Shown: positions 26,778 through 37,132, counted from the stretch's first letter. The stretch: DNA of 64,000 nt from Vulcanimicrobiota bacterium (GCA_041676625.1 JBAYRN010000015.1:1555-65554); one strand, 5' to 3'. The notes: generated from the letters alone by a model not told the origin. Numbers and translations are program-made.

Positions 26778-28189
26778 AGCTTCTTACCCGTGCGCCGATA
26801 GTAAGCGACCAGAATACCGGTGAGAGCAGATAGAAACGGCACCAAAATGCAGAAGACGAAATAGAGCCAGAGTTCGGCCCGCTTGCTGACCGAGATCGGC
26901 TGAACTTTAGGATCCTTGACCCGCACCGTGATCTGGTTTTCCGACTCGGCCAGCCAGTTGACCGAATTGAGGATGAAGTCTCGATTGCTCAACTGCGACA
27001 AGTTGTCGTTGCTGAAACCGTCGGTGCTGGACAAAACCACGATCCGGGCAGAGGGTGGAGGGGGGGCGTCTTCCCCGGCGGGGGGGGCATCGGTGGAGGT
27101 GTAGAGCCCGGCGGCAGCCAGTGGAAGAGCGCCCGGAGTTTTCCCTTCCGAAGAAAACTCCACCGAACCGCCACGCAGCAGCTCCTTCAGCGGGAGTACG
27201 TAGGCTGACTCCAGGGTCCTGACCAGCACCGTCAGTTCTCCGTTGTGCCCGGGGAAGTTTAACTCTCCGGTGGTTACCGGTCGGGCCATCTTGAAGGCGG
27301 TGAGGCTGCGAAAATTTCGAGTGATGGGGTGCTCGGGATCCATTTGCTTTCCGATAGGAGTTACCGGCTCCTGGCCTACCTGGCTGGAGGCTTCGTCCAC
27401 GATCACGCTATCTTCAATCACCAGACCATAACGCCTCAACCACTCGCTGTACTGAGCCGGAGTCTGTACGTCGGCCAGAAAGAGCAGTTTGCCCTGGGCG
27501 GCCAGGTAGTCGTCCAGCAGGCGCTGCTCCTTTGCCAGCATGGCTCCACTGGGCCCGGCCATGATCAAGACGGTGGCATCGGCCGGGATCTCGGCTGACT
27601 CGATCAAAGACAGGGTCTTGGGGTCGTAACCTTCTCCCCGGAGAGAGTTGGCAAACTCCTGCATCTCCCGGGGCTCTTTGTTCACGGGGTGTCGCTCTCC
27701 GTGCCCCTGGATGAAGTAAACGGTCCGGGTCTCGGTGCGCAAGAGCTTGGTCAGGGCGTTGGTGATGGAAGCTTCGTCGAAATTCAAAACCCGCTCCCGA
27801 CGCGCCGTCTCAGTGTCGGAACTGGTCCCCACCTTCTCCAGGATCCCCTGTCCGTAACTACGGACCTGGTACCGTTCGGCCAGAGTCGGATTCTTCTGGA
27901 GATCCACGATCTCGTAGGAAAAATGGCGGGACAGGCTCTTGTATTTATCCAGCAGTGCCTCGATCACCGAACTGTCCCCCGCAGGGTTGACGAAGGCGTA
28001 GAGCTTCACCGGTTCGCTCAGCTTGGAGACGAACTCCTCGGTTTGCGGGCTGAAGCTGTGACGCTTGTCCACGGTGAGGTCCCAGCTCGTGTGAAAATCG
28101 TTGGAAATGGCCAGGACCAGAAAAAAACAGATCAGGGCGAGGGTGACCGAGACCATGGTGGAGGAAAGAAATTTTTGTCGGCGGTTCAC
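26774..28189 (-). CDS. GldG-like ABC-transport auxiliary component (ABC_transp_aux family)
   Basis: 471 aa with N- and C-terminal TM helices and a large periplasmic domain. It sits directly downstream of the ABC-2 permease and ATPase genes. Confidence 0.8.
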   Translation of the reverse strand: MNRRQKFLSSTMVSVTLALICFFLVLAISNDFHTSWDLTVDKRHSFSPQTEEFVSKLSEPVKLYAFVNPAGDSSVIEALLDKYKSLSRHFSYEIVDLQKNPTLAERYQVRSYGQGILEKVGTSSDTETARRERVLNFDEASITNALTKLLRTETRTVYFIQGHGERHPVNKEPREMQEFANSLRGEGYDPKTLSLIESAEIPADATVLIMAGPSGAMLAKEQRLLDDYLAAQGKLLFLADVQTPAQYSEWLRRYGLVIEDSVIVDEASSQVGQEPVTPIGKQMDPEHPITRNFRSLTAFKMARPVTTGELNFPGHNGELTVLVRTLESAYVLPLKELLRGGSVEFSSEGKTPGALPLAAAGLYTSTDAPPAGEDAPPPPSARIVVLSSTDGFSNDNLSQLSNRDFILNSVNWLAESENQITVRVKDPKVQPISVSKRAELWLYFVFCILVPFLSALTGILVAYYRRTGKKL

Positions 28190-28192
28190 GAA

Positions 28193-28951
28193 CTAATCAC
28201 TCCACTTCCGGCTCTCCAGGGTGCGCACCGTGAGAAACAGAAAAAGTGCCGTCCAGGCCAGGAAATAGACCAGATGATGGCTGGTCACGGTGCCTCGAGC
28301 CATCTCCACCAGATGGTCCATCGGGGAGAGTCCGCCGAAGACGTCTTTGAGGCTCTGGATGTTGTCTCCGGCGATCACCACCAACCAGGAGGCCAGCAGG
28401 CCGCCGTAGGTGATCACCGCCGAAATCATCTGACTCGAGGTGAGGCTGGAAGCCCATATCCCGAAGGCCACGAAGGCACAGGAGAGTAGAAATACACCCA
28501 GATATCCCGAGAACACCAGCTTCCATTCGATATCCACCATTCGACCCAACACGATGAAGTAGGTGGAACTCAAACCCATCATCACGCTCACCACCCCCAG
28601 CGCTCCCAGAAACTTGCCCAGCACGATCTCCCAGTCCGCCAGGGGGTAGGTGAAGAGCATCTCCAGCATACCGACCCGGCTCTCCTCGGCGATCAAGCGC
28701 ATGGTGAGAACGGGCAAGAAGAAGAGCAGCAGATAGCCGATCCACTGAAAGGTAGGCACCATAACCCGGTCGCTCGGATTCAGGCTCTGGGCCCCGAAGG
28801 GCGAGGAGGAAGCAGCCAGGCTCTGGTCCGAGTAGATGCCCAGCAGCGAAACGAAGATAAAGCCTGAGATCAGGATAAACACGGCGATGACGATCCAGGC
28901 CAGGGCTGAGTTGAAGTAGGCGGCAAGCTCACGCCTGAGGATCGACAGCAT
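28193..28951 (-). CDS. ABC-2 type transporter permease (GldF-like)
   Basis: 252 aa with about six hydrophobic segments. It is adjacent to the ABC ATPase and GldG-like genes. Confidence 0.8.
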   Translation of the reverse strand: MLSILRRELAAYFNSALAWIVIAVFILISGFIFVSLLGIYSDQSLAASSSPFGAQSLNPSDRVMVPTFQWIGYLLLFFLPVLTMRLIAEESRVGMLEMLFTYPLADWEIVLGKFLGALGVVSVMMGLSSTYFIVLGRMVDIEWKLVFSGYLGVFLLSCAFVAFGIWASSLTSSQMISAVITYGGLLASWLVVIAGDNIQSLKDVFGGLSPMDHLVEMARGTVTSHHLVYFLAWTALFLFLTVRTLESRKWSD

Positions 28952-29948
28952 CGGCTTTCTCCGTTCCTTTATCCGAACCCACTAACTCGATGAAGATGTC
29001 TTCCAGGTTGGCGGTGTGGGCTTTGAGTTCGTGGAGGTCCCAGCCAGCACCCACCACCAGACCAGCGATCCGGGGGGCCAGAACCTCTGCCTTAGCAGAC
29101 TTGGAAATCACAGAAAAGTTTCCCGCTCCCACCACTTCGATCTGATCGACCCCTTCCAACGACTTCAGTCGAGTTTGCGCTTCTTCTTCCTCGGCTCCTG
29201 CGAACCTTACCGTCACGCGGGCTTGCCCTTGCATACTGCCGGTCAGATTCTCCGGGGTATCCATGGCCTGCATGCGTCCGTGGGCGATGATGACCACCCG
29301 GTTGCACATCTGCTGAACCTCGGAGAGGATGTGACTGGAGAGGATCACGGTGGCGTTTTCGCCGAGCTTTCGCAATAAGGCTCGGATGTCACGCACCTGG
29401 GTGGGGTCCAGGCCAACCGTGGGTTCGTCCAGGATAAGAACCTTGGGGTCATTGATGATGGCCTGCCCCAGACCCACCCGCTGGCGATACCCCCGACTGA
29501 TGGTGGCGATCAACTGGTCGGCCACGCTCTCCAGGTTGCAGCGCTCGATGGTGCGGTCCACCGCCTCGGTGCGCTGGACGCCGCGAAGCTTCTTGGCCGA
29601 GGCGGCAAAGTAGAGAAACTCCCGAGTGGTCATGTCTTTGTACAGAGGAACGTGCTCGGGTAGGTATCCCACCATCTCCCGCACCTTCATGGGATCCACG
29701 CAAACATCCACGCCGTTGACCGAAGCGCTCCCCGAGGTGGGTGGGAAAAACCCCGTCAAGATGCGCATGGTGGTGGTCTTACCGGCCCCGTTCGGGCCTA
29801 AGAAACCCAGGATTTCACCCTTCTCCACATCAAAGGAGAGATCGTCGACGGCGGTCTTGTAGCCGAAAGTTTTGCTCAGGTTCTTTACGCTGATCATGAT
29901 GGAATAGCCGGGCCGCGCGTTCTGCACCAACCGAACGTTTCCCTCCAA
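28929..29948 (-). CDS. ABC transporter ATP-binding protein (GldA-like)
   Basis: Walker A GPNGAGKTTT, signature ISRGYRQR and Walker B LILDEPTVGLD. The TTG at 29948 has GAGGTGA 6 nt upstream. An internal ATG at 29897 (MISVKNLSK) is an alternative start. Confidence 0.9.
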   Translation of the reverse strand: MEGNVRLVQNARPGYSIMISVKNLSKTFGYKTAVDDLSFDVEKGEILGFLGPNGAGKTTTMRILTGFFPPTSGSASVNGVDVCVDPMKVREMVGYLPEHVPLYKDMTTREFLYFAASAKKLRGVQRTEAVDRTIERCNLESVADQLIATISRGYRQRVGLGQAIINDPKVLILDEPTVGLDPTQVRDIRALLRKLGENATVILSSHILSEVQQMCNRVVIIAHGRMQAMDTPENLTGSMQGQARVTVRFAGAEEEEAQTRLKSLEGVDQIEVVGAGNFSVISKSAKAEVLAPRIAGLVVGAGWDLHELKAHTANLEDIFIELVGSDKGTEKADAVDPQA

Positions 29949-30009
29949 ATCGTGTCACCTCGGAAAGCTTGGGCAGGGAGAAACTGAATCGCTGGGAACA
30001 CCCTCCTTC

Positions 30010-30387
30010 GTGCGAATTCTCATCGTAGAAGACAATCCCGTCAATCTCGATCTGGTGATGCAGCTCCTCGAAGACGACTATGAACTGCTCACCGCCGAAG
30101 ACGGACAATCAGGAATCGATCTTGCCCTGGCCGAGCGCCCGGATCTGATCCTGCTGGACCTTTCTCTTCCCAAGAAGAGCGGTTGGGAGGTCTGTAAAGA
30201 GCTGAGAGAGGTCCTGGGTGCTTCCGTCATGCCGATCGTGGCACTGACCGCCCACGCCATCAAGGGCGATCGCGAAAAGGCTTTGAGGATCGGCTTTGAT
30301 GACTACATCACCAAACCGATCGACGAAGACCTGCTCTACGATACGGTCGAGCGCTACCTATCCTTGACCCGCGGGCAAACTGACTGA
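30010..30387 (+). CDS. Single-domain response regulator (CheY-like receiver)
   Basis: MRILIVEDNPVNLDL...DLILLDLSLPKKSG...ALTAHA...DDYITKPI. GTG start. Confidence 0.9.
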   Translation: MRILIVEDNPVNLDLVMQLLEDDYELLTAEDGQSGIDLALAERPDLILLDLSLPKKSGWEVCKELREVLGASVMPIVALTAHAIKGDREKALRIGFDDYITKPIDEDLLYDTVERYLSLTRGQTD

Positions 30388-32250
30388 AAAGGTGGAGCCC
30401 TGCCCTTTCTCGCTGTGGACTTCGATCCGACCCCTGAGCAGTTCTACCAATCGCCCCACGATGGCCAGACCCAGGCCCACCCCACCGCGCTCCCTGGTCT
30501 CGCTTCCATCGACCTGATGAAAGGGCTCAAAGATCCTTTCGATCTGCTCGGAGGTCATCCCGATCCCCTGGTCGCTCACCCTCAACACCACCAGATCTTC
30601 TTGCTGCTCAGCCTCCACCTTGATGACTCCCCGGTCCGAGTACTTGATGGCGTTGGTTATCAGGTTGGTCAAGATCTGTCGCAATCGCTCCTTGTCCGAA
30701 GGGATGGCATTCGGTAGACCCTGGGAGGCAAACTCCAGCGACAACCCCTTCTCGGCAGCCAGAGGCTTCAGAGTCTCGTGGAGAGCAGCCAAAAGCTCCG
30801 GCAGATCGACCATCTCCCGGCGAACATTCAGTTTGCCGGCCTCGATCTTTTCAAAATCGAGAAGGTCGTTGACCAGCACCAACAACTGTTCCCCCGACTC
30901 CTGAATGAGTTCAAGGTTCTTTTTCTGTCGAGGCTCCAGGTCTTTGAGCTTGCGATTCATCAAACGGCTAAAACCGATGATGGCGTTTAAGGGGGTCCGC
31001 AGTTCGTGGGACATATTAGCCAGAAACTCCCCCTTGGTCCGATAGGCTTGCTGGAGTTCTTTGTTCTTATCGGCCAGGTCCCGAGCATTCTTCTCCAGTT
31101 GGCGACGGGTCTCAGTGATGATGTTGATGGTCCGATTGGCGTTGAAGGCCAGACGCCCAACCTCGTCTTTGTATATGATCGGCACGGTATCCGAGCCTTC
31201 CGTGCGGCCCCGCCCGATGATCCGGTGAAAGGTGGCCCCGATCACCTCGATCGGCCTGATGATGGTGAGCACCGTGAGCAGCGAGGTCACCAGGGGCCAC
31301 AGACAGGTCAGGAAAAGGACCAGGGCGAGCACGAAGAAGTTGTCCCGGGGTTCTGGAATCTTCACCACCACTCCGCGCTTGTACTGGGGACTGTAGCGCA
31401 GCACGTAGCCCGAACGACGCTCCAGAATCTCCCGGCTATCGGTGGAGTGATCGAACAGTCTCATGGCTTGTTCATCGGGCAGTTTGTGGAGGAAAACCGG
31501 GACGGCCCCATCCATCTGAAAGGGGTAGCAACCCGGCTGCACCCAACGCCCCAAAGTCGTGCGACTCTCGCTCTGCAGATGGATAGCCACGAGCTTCCCC
31601 ATTCGATCGGCCTCCAAATAAAGGCTATCGTGCTGAAGAAAAGTCAGGATGCTAAACAGCAGCAAACTGGGTGCGCAGCCCAGGGCCACCGCCACCGTAG
31701 CCATCTTGGTTTGCAGAGAGATTCGCTTGCCTGGGATCTCTGCGAAGCTACCCGCTTTGCGCTCGGACAGGCGCTTGGAAAAACGGGCCGTGAGCAAGAG
31801 ATTGATGGGGACCCCGATGGCGATAGCCCCCGCCCCGATGGCCAGGGCGAACATTGCCCCCGCAAACAGTTGGTGCTCCCCCACCTGGATGCTGCTACCA
31901 CGGTAGATCAAGACCAGCATCAAACCCAGGTAAAAGAGAAAGACCAGGAGTCCGTAAAAGACGGAAAAGTCGTAAGGAAAGTAGTAAATGGAGCGGATCA
32001 GGGCTGGGTCGTTGTCCTCCGACGGCATACCCCGCTTGCACCAGCGATCGATGGGGAGAAGCAGGTGGATCCTGAGAAACAACCAGATCACCGACTTGAC
32101 GGCGTAACAAAATCCCGCGACCTTCCAATACTCGAACGCGGCCAGGGGCAGTAAACCCAGAAGCAGACCGAGAACATAGCAAAGAGTGGTGATGAATACT
32201 AGATCGATGGTGGCCATCAGCAAAGTCGATCGCAGGGTGTAAGAGCGCAC
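30358..32250 (-). CDS. Membrane sensor histidine kinase (multi-TM + HAMP-like + HisKA + HATPase_c)
   Basis: H-box FLANMSHELRTPLNAIIGF, N-box LTNLITNAIKY, and G-boxes DQGIGM and GGVGLGLAIV. Several N-terminal TM helices. Confidence 0.9.
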   Translation of the reverse strand: MRSYTLRSTLLMATIDLVFITTLCYVLGLLLGLLPLAAFEYWKVAGFCYAVKSVIWLFLRIHLLLPIDRWCKRGMPSEDNDPALIRSIYYFPYDFSVFYGLLVFLFYLGLMLVLIYRGSSIQVGEHQLFAGAMFALAIGAGAIAIGVPINLLLTARFSKRLSERKAGSFAEIPGKRISLQTKMATVAVALGCAPSLLLFSILTFLQHDSLYLEADRMGKLVAIHLQSESRTTLGRWVQPGCYPFQMDGAVPVFLHKLPDEQAMRLFDHSTDSREILERRSGYVLRYSPQYKRGVVVKIPEPRDNFFVLALVLFLTCLWPLVTSLLTVLTIIRPIEVIGATFHRIIGRGRTEGSDTVPIIYKDEVGRLAFNANRTINIITETRRQLEKNARDLADKNKELQQAYRTKGEFLANMSHELRTPLNAIIGFSRLMNRKLKDLEPRQKKNLELIQESGEQLLVLVNDLLDFEKIEAGKLNVRREMVDLPELLAALHETLKPLAAEKGLSLEFASQGLPNAIPSDKERLRQILTNLITNAIKYSDRGVIKVEAEQQEDLVVLRVSDQGIGMTSEQIERIFEPFHQVDGSETRERGGVGLGLAIVGRLVELLRGRIEVHSEKGQGSTFSVSLPAGQG

Positions 32251-32336
32251 CTCAAAAGGTTCTTGGCTACCGAAGGCCTACCCTGTGGACCGAGAAAAGG
32301 GAATGAAATCCGAGTTTTTGGGGAATACCCCCTGTC

Positions 32337-33227
32337 ATGAGAGTTGTTCGTATTGCTTTAGCCCTGTTTTTTCTGAGCGGCCTACCGGTGTTCGCCCAGA
32401 CTCCCGTTCTTCAGAATGAGCACTTCGAATTACTGTTTCCCCCCGGGGCGCAAATCACCGACCGCTATGAAAATAGCTGGGAAACCCGGATGACGGTCGA
32501 GCACGAAGGCATTCGGGTGCGGGTCAATTGGAAAGACGACGAGTTGTTGTTTCATTTTCCCACCTCGCAACTGCGGGCCAGGGTCGTCTCCGAGGGGAAT
32601 TCTAACACCATCAACGTGAACTACAACGCCGGCAAAATCGTGATCAAAAAATCGCCCCGGGAGATCGGCTGGCTGCTCTCGGACCAGCAGCAACTCTTCT
32701 TCCAAACTCGAGGGGGGCAGGTGGCCAAGGTGATCGGTCCTTCCGACTACCTCAAGCTCGGGCGCCAGACCCCCTGGGGGCGCATCTCGGTGGTTTCCAG
32801 CGCCGGCACCACCGATGCCCTGCTGAACTCCCAGGGAACTCTCGAGGTGTTCGACGGACCGGAGCTCTCCGAGCACCTCTACCTGGTCAAGGGCCTGGAA
32901 ATCAAAGCCGGCCCCATCACCCTGCGCCTGCCTCTTCCCAGCGATCCCTTCCTGGAAGGTCTCCCTGCTGATCGCTATTTTTCTATCCAACAAGAGGTGG
33001 AAGCGCTGCCCGAACCAGCCGCTCGGCAAACCGAAGAGAAAGCGCCCGATCCTTTGCGGGCCGACCCCGCCACCTGGGGTTCGCCCGAGCTGAGAGCAAA
33101 GTTCAACGCGCCCGACGAGGACCCGCTGAGCGTCAAGAAAGAGAAACGGGTGCGGCACGAGGTCGACCCACTGCGCGCTCGAACCGCCCCCGACTCCGAA
33201 GAGATCCTGCGCGTCAAAGACTACTAG
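32337..33227 (+). CDS. Secreted hypothetical protein
   Basis: 296 aa with signal peptide MRVVRIALALFFLSGLPVFAQT. The only long ORF in this gap. No motif recognised. Confidence 0.6.
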   Translation: MRVVRIALALFFLSGLPVFAQTPVLQNEHFELLFPPGAQITDRYENSWETRMTVEHEGIRVRVNWKDDELLFHFPTSQLRARVVSEGNSNTINVNYNAGKIVIKKSPREIGWLLSDQQQLFFQTRGGQVAKVIGPSDYLKLGRQTPWGRISVVSSAGTTDALLNSQGTLEVFDGPELSEHLYLVKGLEIKAGPITLRLPLPSDPFLEGLPADRYFSIQQEVEALPEPAARQTEEKAPDPLRADPATWGSPELRAKFNAPDEDPLSVKKEKRVRHEVDPLRARTAPDSEEILRVKDY

Positions 33228-34807
33228 GGCAGAAGCTCTTGCAGTCGTAGATAGACTGCGTTGGTCCAGCCGAATCCGATCTCGTTACTGGAGTAGCCGT
33301 ACTCGATCCCCTCGGAAACGTTGGAGGTGCGATTGACCACGTCATACTTCTCCACGATCGTACCTGACTTCTGGTACTCTTGCTCCACCAGGCTCAGGAA
33401 GGCTTGCGCGATCTCGGCGGCTTGTCGGGCGTAGCCGTAACCAGCCAGACCTTCAGCGGCCACCATCTGTAGGGGAGCCCAACCGAAGGGGGAATCCCAT
33501 TGATTGCCGCTGCGGTGGGTGGAAGTGACGATCCCGCCGGGCTTGAGAAAGAGCTCTCGATTGGCCGCCACCGCGGCGGCCTGCCCCGGAGTGCTCCAGC
33601 CCGTCCAGAGGGGAAAGTAGGTGGTGGCAAACGGATAGTCGCGGCGGCTCTCGGTGCGGAAGTTGTAGTCCAGAAAGAGTCCGGACTCCTCATCCCAGAG
33701 ATAGCGTTGCATCCGCTGTTTTCGCTCCGCGGCCAGAGCGAACCAGTCCGCCGCGGGCCCCGGACGCCTCATCTGAGAAAACAGACGACCCATGTCCAGT
33801 TCGTAGAGGTACAGCAAGCTGTTCAGGTCCACCGGATTGTAGTGAATCACATCTATATTGAAGCGGCCGAACCGGTCCGAGGGGTCGTACCCGGACTCTC
33901 GCATGGAGCGATCGCCTTTATAAAAAAGTGGGGTCAACTCATCGGCGGCGCTATCGTAGTAGAGGGAAAGCGGGTACCCGAGTTTCTCCATTTGCTCGGT
34001 TTCGCTCCACCGGGCGTATTGCTTGAAATCAGAGCGAATCCGGTCGTAGTGGGTGTGCCCCGATTCGTCTTTCTCGCTCTCCAGGACCTCGGGGGCGGCT
34101 CCTTCTCCCAGGTCGTAATACCGGCTCAAGCCGGTCTGAGGGGTGAGATGCGGCTCCGAGGTCCAAAAGCGATAAGTGGCGATCAGCGCCGGCAGGGCGC
34201 GTTCGACCCACTCCACGTCGCCCGTGCGGTCGTAGACGTCGGCCACCATGGTGGCTAGAAACGGAGGCTGGGAGCGGGTGAGATAATAGGTACGGTTGGC
34301 GTTGAGCACCCGGCCGTAGTGACGAACCTGATAGAGGTGGTTCTCCACCATCAGGCGGGCCTGCTCCACCCTTCCCGATTCCAGCAGCCCCAGATTGATG
34401 AAGTAGCTATCCCAGCCGTACATCTCATTGAAGCGACCGCCCGGCACCACGTAGGGGTGAGGGAGGTAGAGCAACCCGTGGCTCTCCATATCACCTTCAA
34501 GCTGTGGGCGGGAGAGCACATCGGGGGGCAGGGTACGAAGCTCCACCCGCTCCAGTTGTTCGGCGGTCAGTTCCTGGTCCAGCCTCTGCTGCACGGATTC
34601 CAGGCTCTCCCCGGGCGCCAGGTAGACGGGGTAACGCTCCCTATCTCCCAGCTTCGGATCGACGGCCGCAGCGGGTAAGTCTTGCAGATTGCGTTCTAGA
34701 AACTCCCAACTGCGGTTTATGTAATCTTCGATGGGAGGTAACGGTTCGGCCGGCAGCGGCGCGGCCAGGCACCCGACCATGACCGCGAGGAGAACTAGTC
34801 TTTTCAT
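33224..34807 (-). CDS. treA: Periplasmic alpha,alpha-trehalase (GH37)
   Basis: Trehalase signature 1 PGGRFNEMYGWDSYF and signature 2 QWDSPFGWAPLQ. I start it at ATG 34807 (MKRLVLLAVMVGCLAAPLPA signal peptide, GGAAGG 8 nt upstream). The ORF-track extension to 35020 would overlap the divergent ADH gene. Confidence 0.95.
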   Translation of the reverse strand: MKRLVLLAVMVGCLAAPLPAEPLPPIEDYINRSWEFLERNLQDLPAAAVDPKLGDRERYPVYLAPGESLESVQQRLDQELTAEQLERVELRTLPPDVLSRPQLEGDMESHGLLYLPHPYVVPGGRFNEMYGWDSYFINLGLLESGRVEQARLMVENHLYQVRHYGRVLNANRTYYLTRSQPPFLATMVADVYDRTGDVEWVERALPALIATYRFWTSEPHLTPQTGLSRYYDLGEGAAPEVLESEKDESGHTHYDRIRSDFKQYARWSETEQMEKLGYPLSLYYDSAADELTPLFYKGDRSMRESGYDPSDRFGRFNIDVIHYNPVDLNSLLYLYELDMGRLFSQMRRPGPAADWFALAAERKQRMQRYLWDEESGLFLDYNFRTESRRDYPFATTYFPLWTGWSTPGQAAAVAANRELFLKPGGIVTSTHRSGNQWDSPFGWAPLQMVAAEGLAGYGYARQAAEIAQAFLSLVEQEYQKSGTIVEKYDVVNRTSNVSEGIEYGYSSNEIGFGWTNAVYLRLQELLP

Positions 34808-34880
34808 ATTAGAGACCTTCCGAACCGGGTCGCCGGGCTCCTTTGGAGGACAGCCGGACTTCCAAACAAACCTATGACCC

Positions 34881-35819
34881 ATGAAAGCCGTCGTTCTAGA
34901 AAAAGAACTCCAAATGCAAACCACTCGCCCCGAGCCCACCCTCGAACCACGCTCCGCCCTGGTCCGCCCCACCCTGGTCGGGATCTGCAAGACGGACCTG
35001 GAGTTGGTCAAGGGGTACATGGGTTTTCAAGGGGTGCTGGGCCACGAGTTCGTGGGAGTGGTGGAAGAGTGCGACTCCCCTGAATGGGTGGGACGGCGGG
35101 TGGTGGGCGAGATCAACTGTTCGCCCCGGGATCGGGTCGTGGAAGACCCGCGTCATCAACCCGAGCGGACCGTACTGGGGATCGTGGGGCGAGACGGGGT
35201 TATGGCCGAACGGTTCCTCTTGCCGGTGGAAAATCTGCTGGAAGTGCCTCCTCACCTGGACGATGAAAAAGCCGTCTTTACCGAGCCCCTGGCCGCCGCC
35301 TTCCAGATCGCCGAGCCTCTGCCCGAGTTGCCCCCCACCGCTCTGGTCATGGGGGATGGCAAACTGGGCGCCCTGTGCGCGCTGGCCCTTCAAGACCTGG
35401 GCTGCCAGGTCACCCTGCTGGGGAAGCACCCCGCCAAACTCGAGCTACTGAAGGGGAAGGTCAAGACGCACCTTCTCTCCACTCCTCTGCAGACCAGTTT
35501 TCCCCTGGTGGTGGAGGCCACCGGATCGAATAGCGGGTTGGAACAAGCCCTGAGTCTGGTCCAGCCCCGGGGAACCGTGGTCCTGAAGACCACCGTGGCC
35601 TCGCCCTATCAGATCAACCTGGCCCCCGCTGTGATCAACGAAATCCGCATCCTGGGCAGCCGCTGCGGTCGTTTCGCTCCGGCCCTGGAGGCCATGGCCT
35701 GCGGACGCGTGGACCCCAGCTTTCTCATCGAAAAGGTGTATCCTCTGGAGGAGGCTCTGGCCGCTTTCGAGCACGCCGCTCGACCGGGTGCCCGCAAGGT
35801 ACTGCTGCGCATCAGCTAA
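34881..35819 (+). CDS. Zinc-binding medium-chain alcohol dehydrogenase family protein
   Basis: VGICKTDLE and GHEFVGVV carry the catalytic Zn ligands. A GDGKLG Rossmann-type glycine motif is present. Confidence 0.85.
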   Translation: MKAVVLEKELQMQTTRPEPTLEPRSALVRPTLVGICKTDLELVKGYMGFQGVLGHEFVGVVEECDSPEWVGRRVVGEINCSPRDRVVEDPRHQPERTVLGIVGRDGVMAERFLLPVENLLEVPPHLDDEKAVFTEPLAAAFQIAEPLPELPPTALVMGDGKLGALCALALQDLGCQVTLLGKHPAKLELLKGKVKTHLLSTPLQTSFPLVVEATGSNSGLEQALSLVQPRGTVVLKTTVASPYQINLAPAVINEIRILGSRCGRFAPALEAMACGRVDPSFLIEKVYPLEEALAAFEHAARPGARKVLLRIS

Positions 35820-35820
35820 T

Positions 35821-35844
35821 CCTATGTTTGCCGTGAAACATAGG
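35821..35844 (+). terminator. Perfect 9-bp stem hairpin immediately after the ADH stop codon (terminator-like, but without a U-tract)
   Basis: CCTATGTTT-gccgtg-AAACATAGG begins 2 nt after the TAA stop. It is followed by GTGCGGG rather than a T-run, so a terminator function is uncertain. Confidence 0.3.
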
Positions 35845-35908
35845 GTGCGGGAATCGTCGACAGGCGGTGCGAAGGGGCAGAGGCAAGAATTTACTTAGGA
35901 GAGTCGCC

Positions 35909-37132
35909 GTGACCACAAAAACCAGAACTTCCAGCGAAGCCATGGAACTCGAGCACAAATACGGAGCGCACAACTACCATCCGCTACCGGTGGTGCTGAG
36001 CCGGGGGGAAGGGGTGTTCTTATGGAATCCGGAGGGAGAGCGCTTTTTCGACTGCCTGTCAGCCTACTCGGCGGTCAATCAAGGCCACTGCCATCCCCGC
36101 TTGGTCAAGGTCATGAGCGAACAGGCCGCCCGCCTCACCCTCACCTCTCGCGCCTTCTATTCCGACGCCCTGGGCGAATTCTGTCAATACGCCACCGAAT
36201 ACTTCGGCTACGATCGGGTACTGCCCATGAATACCGGCGTGGAAGGTGGCGAAACCGCGGTCAAACTCGCCCGCCGCTGGGGCTATCTGGAGAAGGGCAT
36301 CCCCGATGAGCAAGCGCGGGTAGTGTTCGTGGAAGGCAACTTCTGGGGGCGGACCCTCTCGGCCATCAGCACCTCCACCGATCCCACCTGCAAGGCCGGT
36401 TTCGGGCCTTACATGCCGGGCTTCGACGTGATTCCCTACGACGACGTACCGGCACTGGAAAAGGCCCTGGCCAACCCCAACGTCTGCGCCTTTATGTTCG
36501 AACCCATCCAGGGGGAAGCCGGGGTCAACATGCCCCGAGAGGGATACCTGAAAGAAGTTCGCCGGGTCTGCGACCAATATCGGGTGTTGATGATCGCCGA
36601 CGAAGTCCAAACAGGCCTCTGCCGAACCGGCAAGATGCTGGCTTGCGATCACGAGGGGGTCAGACCCGACATCGTAGTTCTTGGCAAAGCGCTTTCCGGC
36701 GGTATGATGCCGGTCTCGGCGGTGCTGGCCGATGACGAGGTCATGCTGGGCATCAAGCCCGGGGAGCACGGCTCCACTTACGGTGGAAACCCGCTGGCCT
36801 GCCGGGTGGCCATGGAAGCCCTCCAGATCTTGAAAGACGAGAAACTCGATCAGCAATCCGAGAAGCTCGGTCAACTCTTCCGGGAAACCCTTCGCGGGGT
36901 GAAGAAGCCGTGGATCAAAGAAGTCCGAGGCAAAGGCCTCCTGAACGCCCTGGAGGTGACCGGAAGCCACGGAGTGGAGGCCTGGGATGTGTGCTTGAAA
37001 CTCAAAGACGCGGGAGTCCTGGCCAAACCTACCCACGACACCATCATCCGTTTCGCGCCCCCCCTTGTGATCACCGAAGAACAACTCAAAGAGTGCCTGG
37101 AAATCATCGTCTCGGTTTTGGAGTCCATGTAG
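35909..37132 (+). CDS. rocD: Ornithine aminotransferase (ornithine--oxo-acid transaminase)
   Basis: [29 protein letters not shown] and [12 protein letters not shown] motifs. The GTG at 35909 has AGGAGA 6 nt upstream (the ORF track starts at 35867). Confidence 0.95.
   Translation: MTTKTRTSSEAMELEHKYGAHNYHPLPVVLSRGEGVFLWNPEGERFFDCLSAYSAVNQGHCHPRLVKVMSEQAARLTLTSRAFYSDALGEFCQYATEYFGYDRVLPMNTGVEGGETAVKLARRWGYLEKGIPDEQARVVFVEGNFWGRTLSAISTSTDPTCKAGFGPYMPGFDVIPYDDVPALEKALANPNVCAFMFEPIQGEAGVNMPREGYLKEVRRVCDQYRVLMIADEVQTGLCRTGKMLACDHEGVRPDIVVLGKALSGGMMPVSAVLADDEVMLGIKPGEHGSTYGGNPLACRVAMEALQILKDEKLDQQSEKLGQLFRETLRGVKKPWIKEVRGKGLLNALEVTGSHGVEAWDVCLKLKDAGVLAKPTHDTIIRFAPPLVITEEQLKECLEIIVSVLESM

Noticed and set aside
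30358-30387. A 30-nt convergent overlap of the receiver gene and the histidine kinase gene.
   Set aside because: Both 3' ends are supported by their reading frames. Short convergent overlaps are common in compact genomes, and no additional structure is seen.
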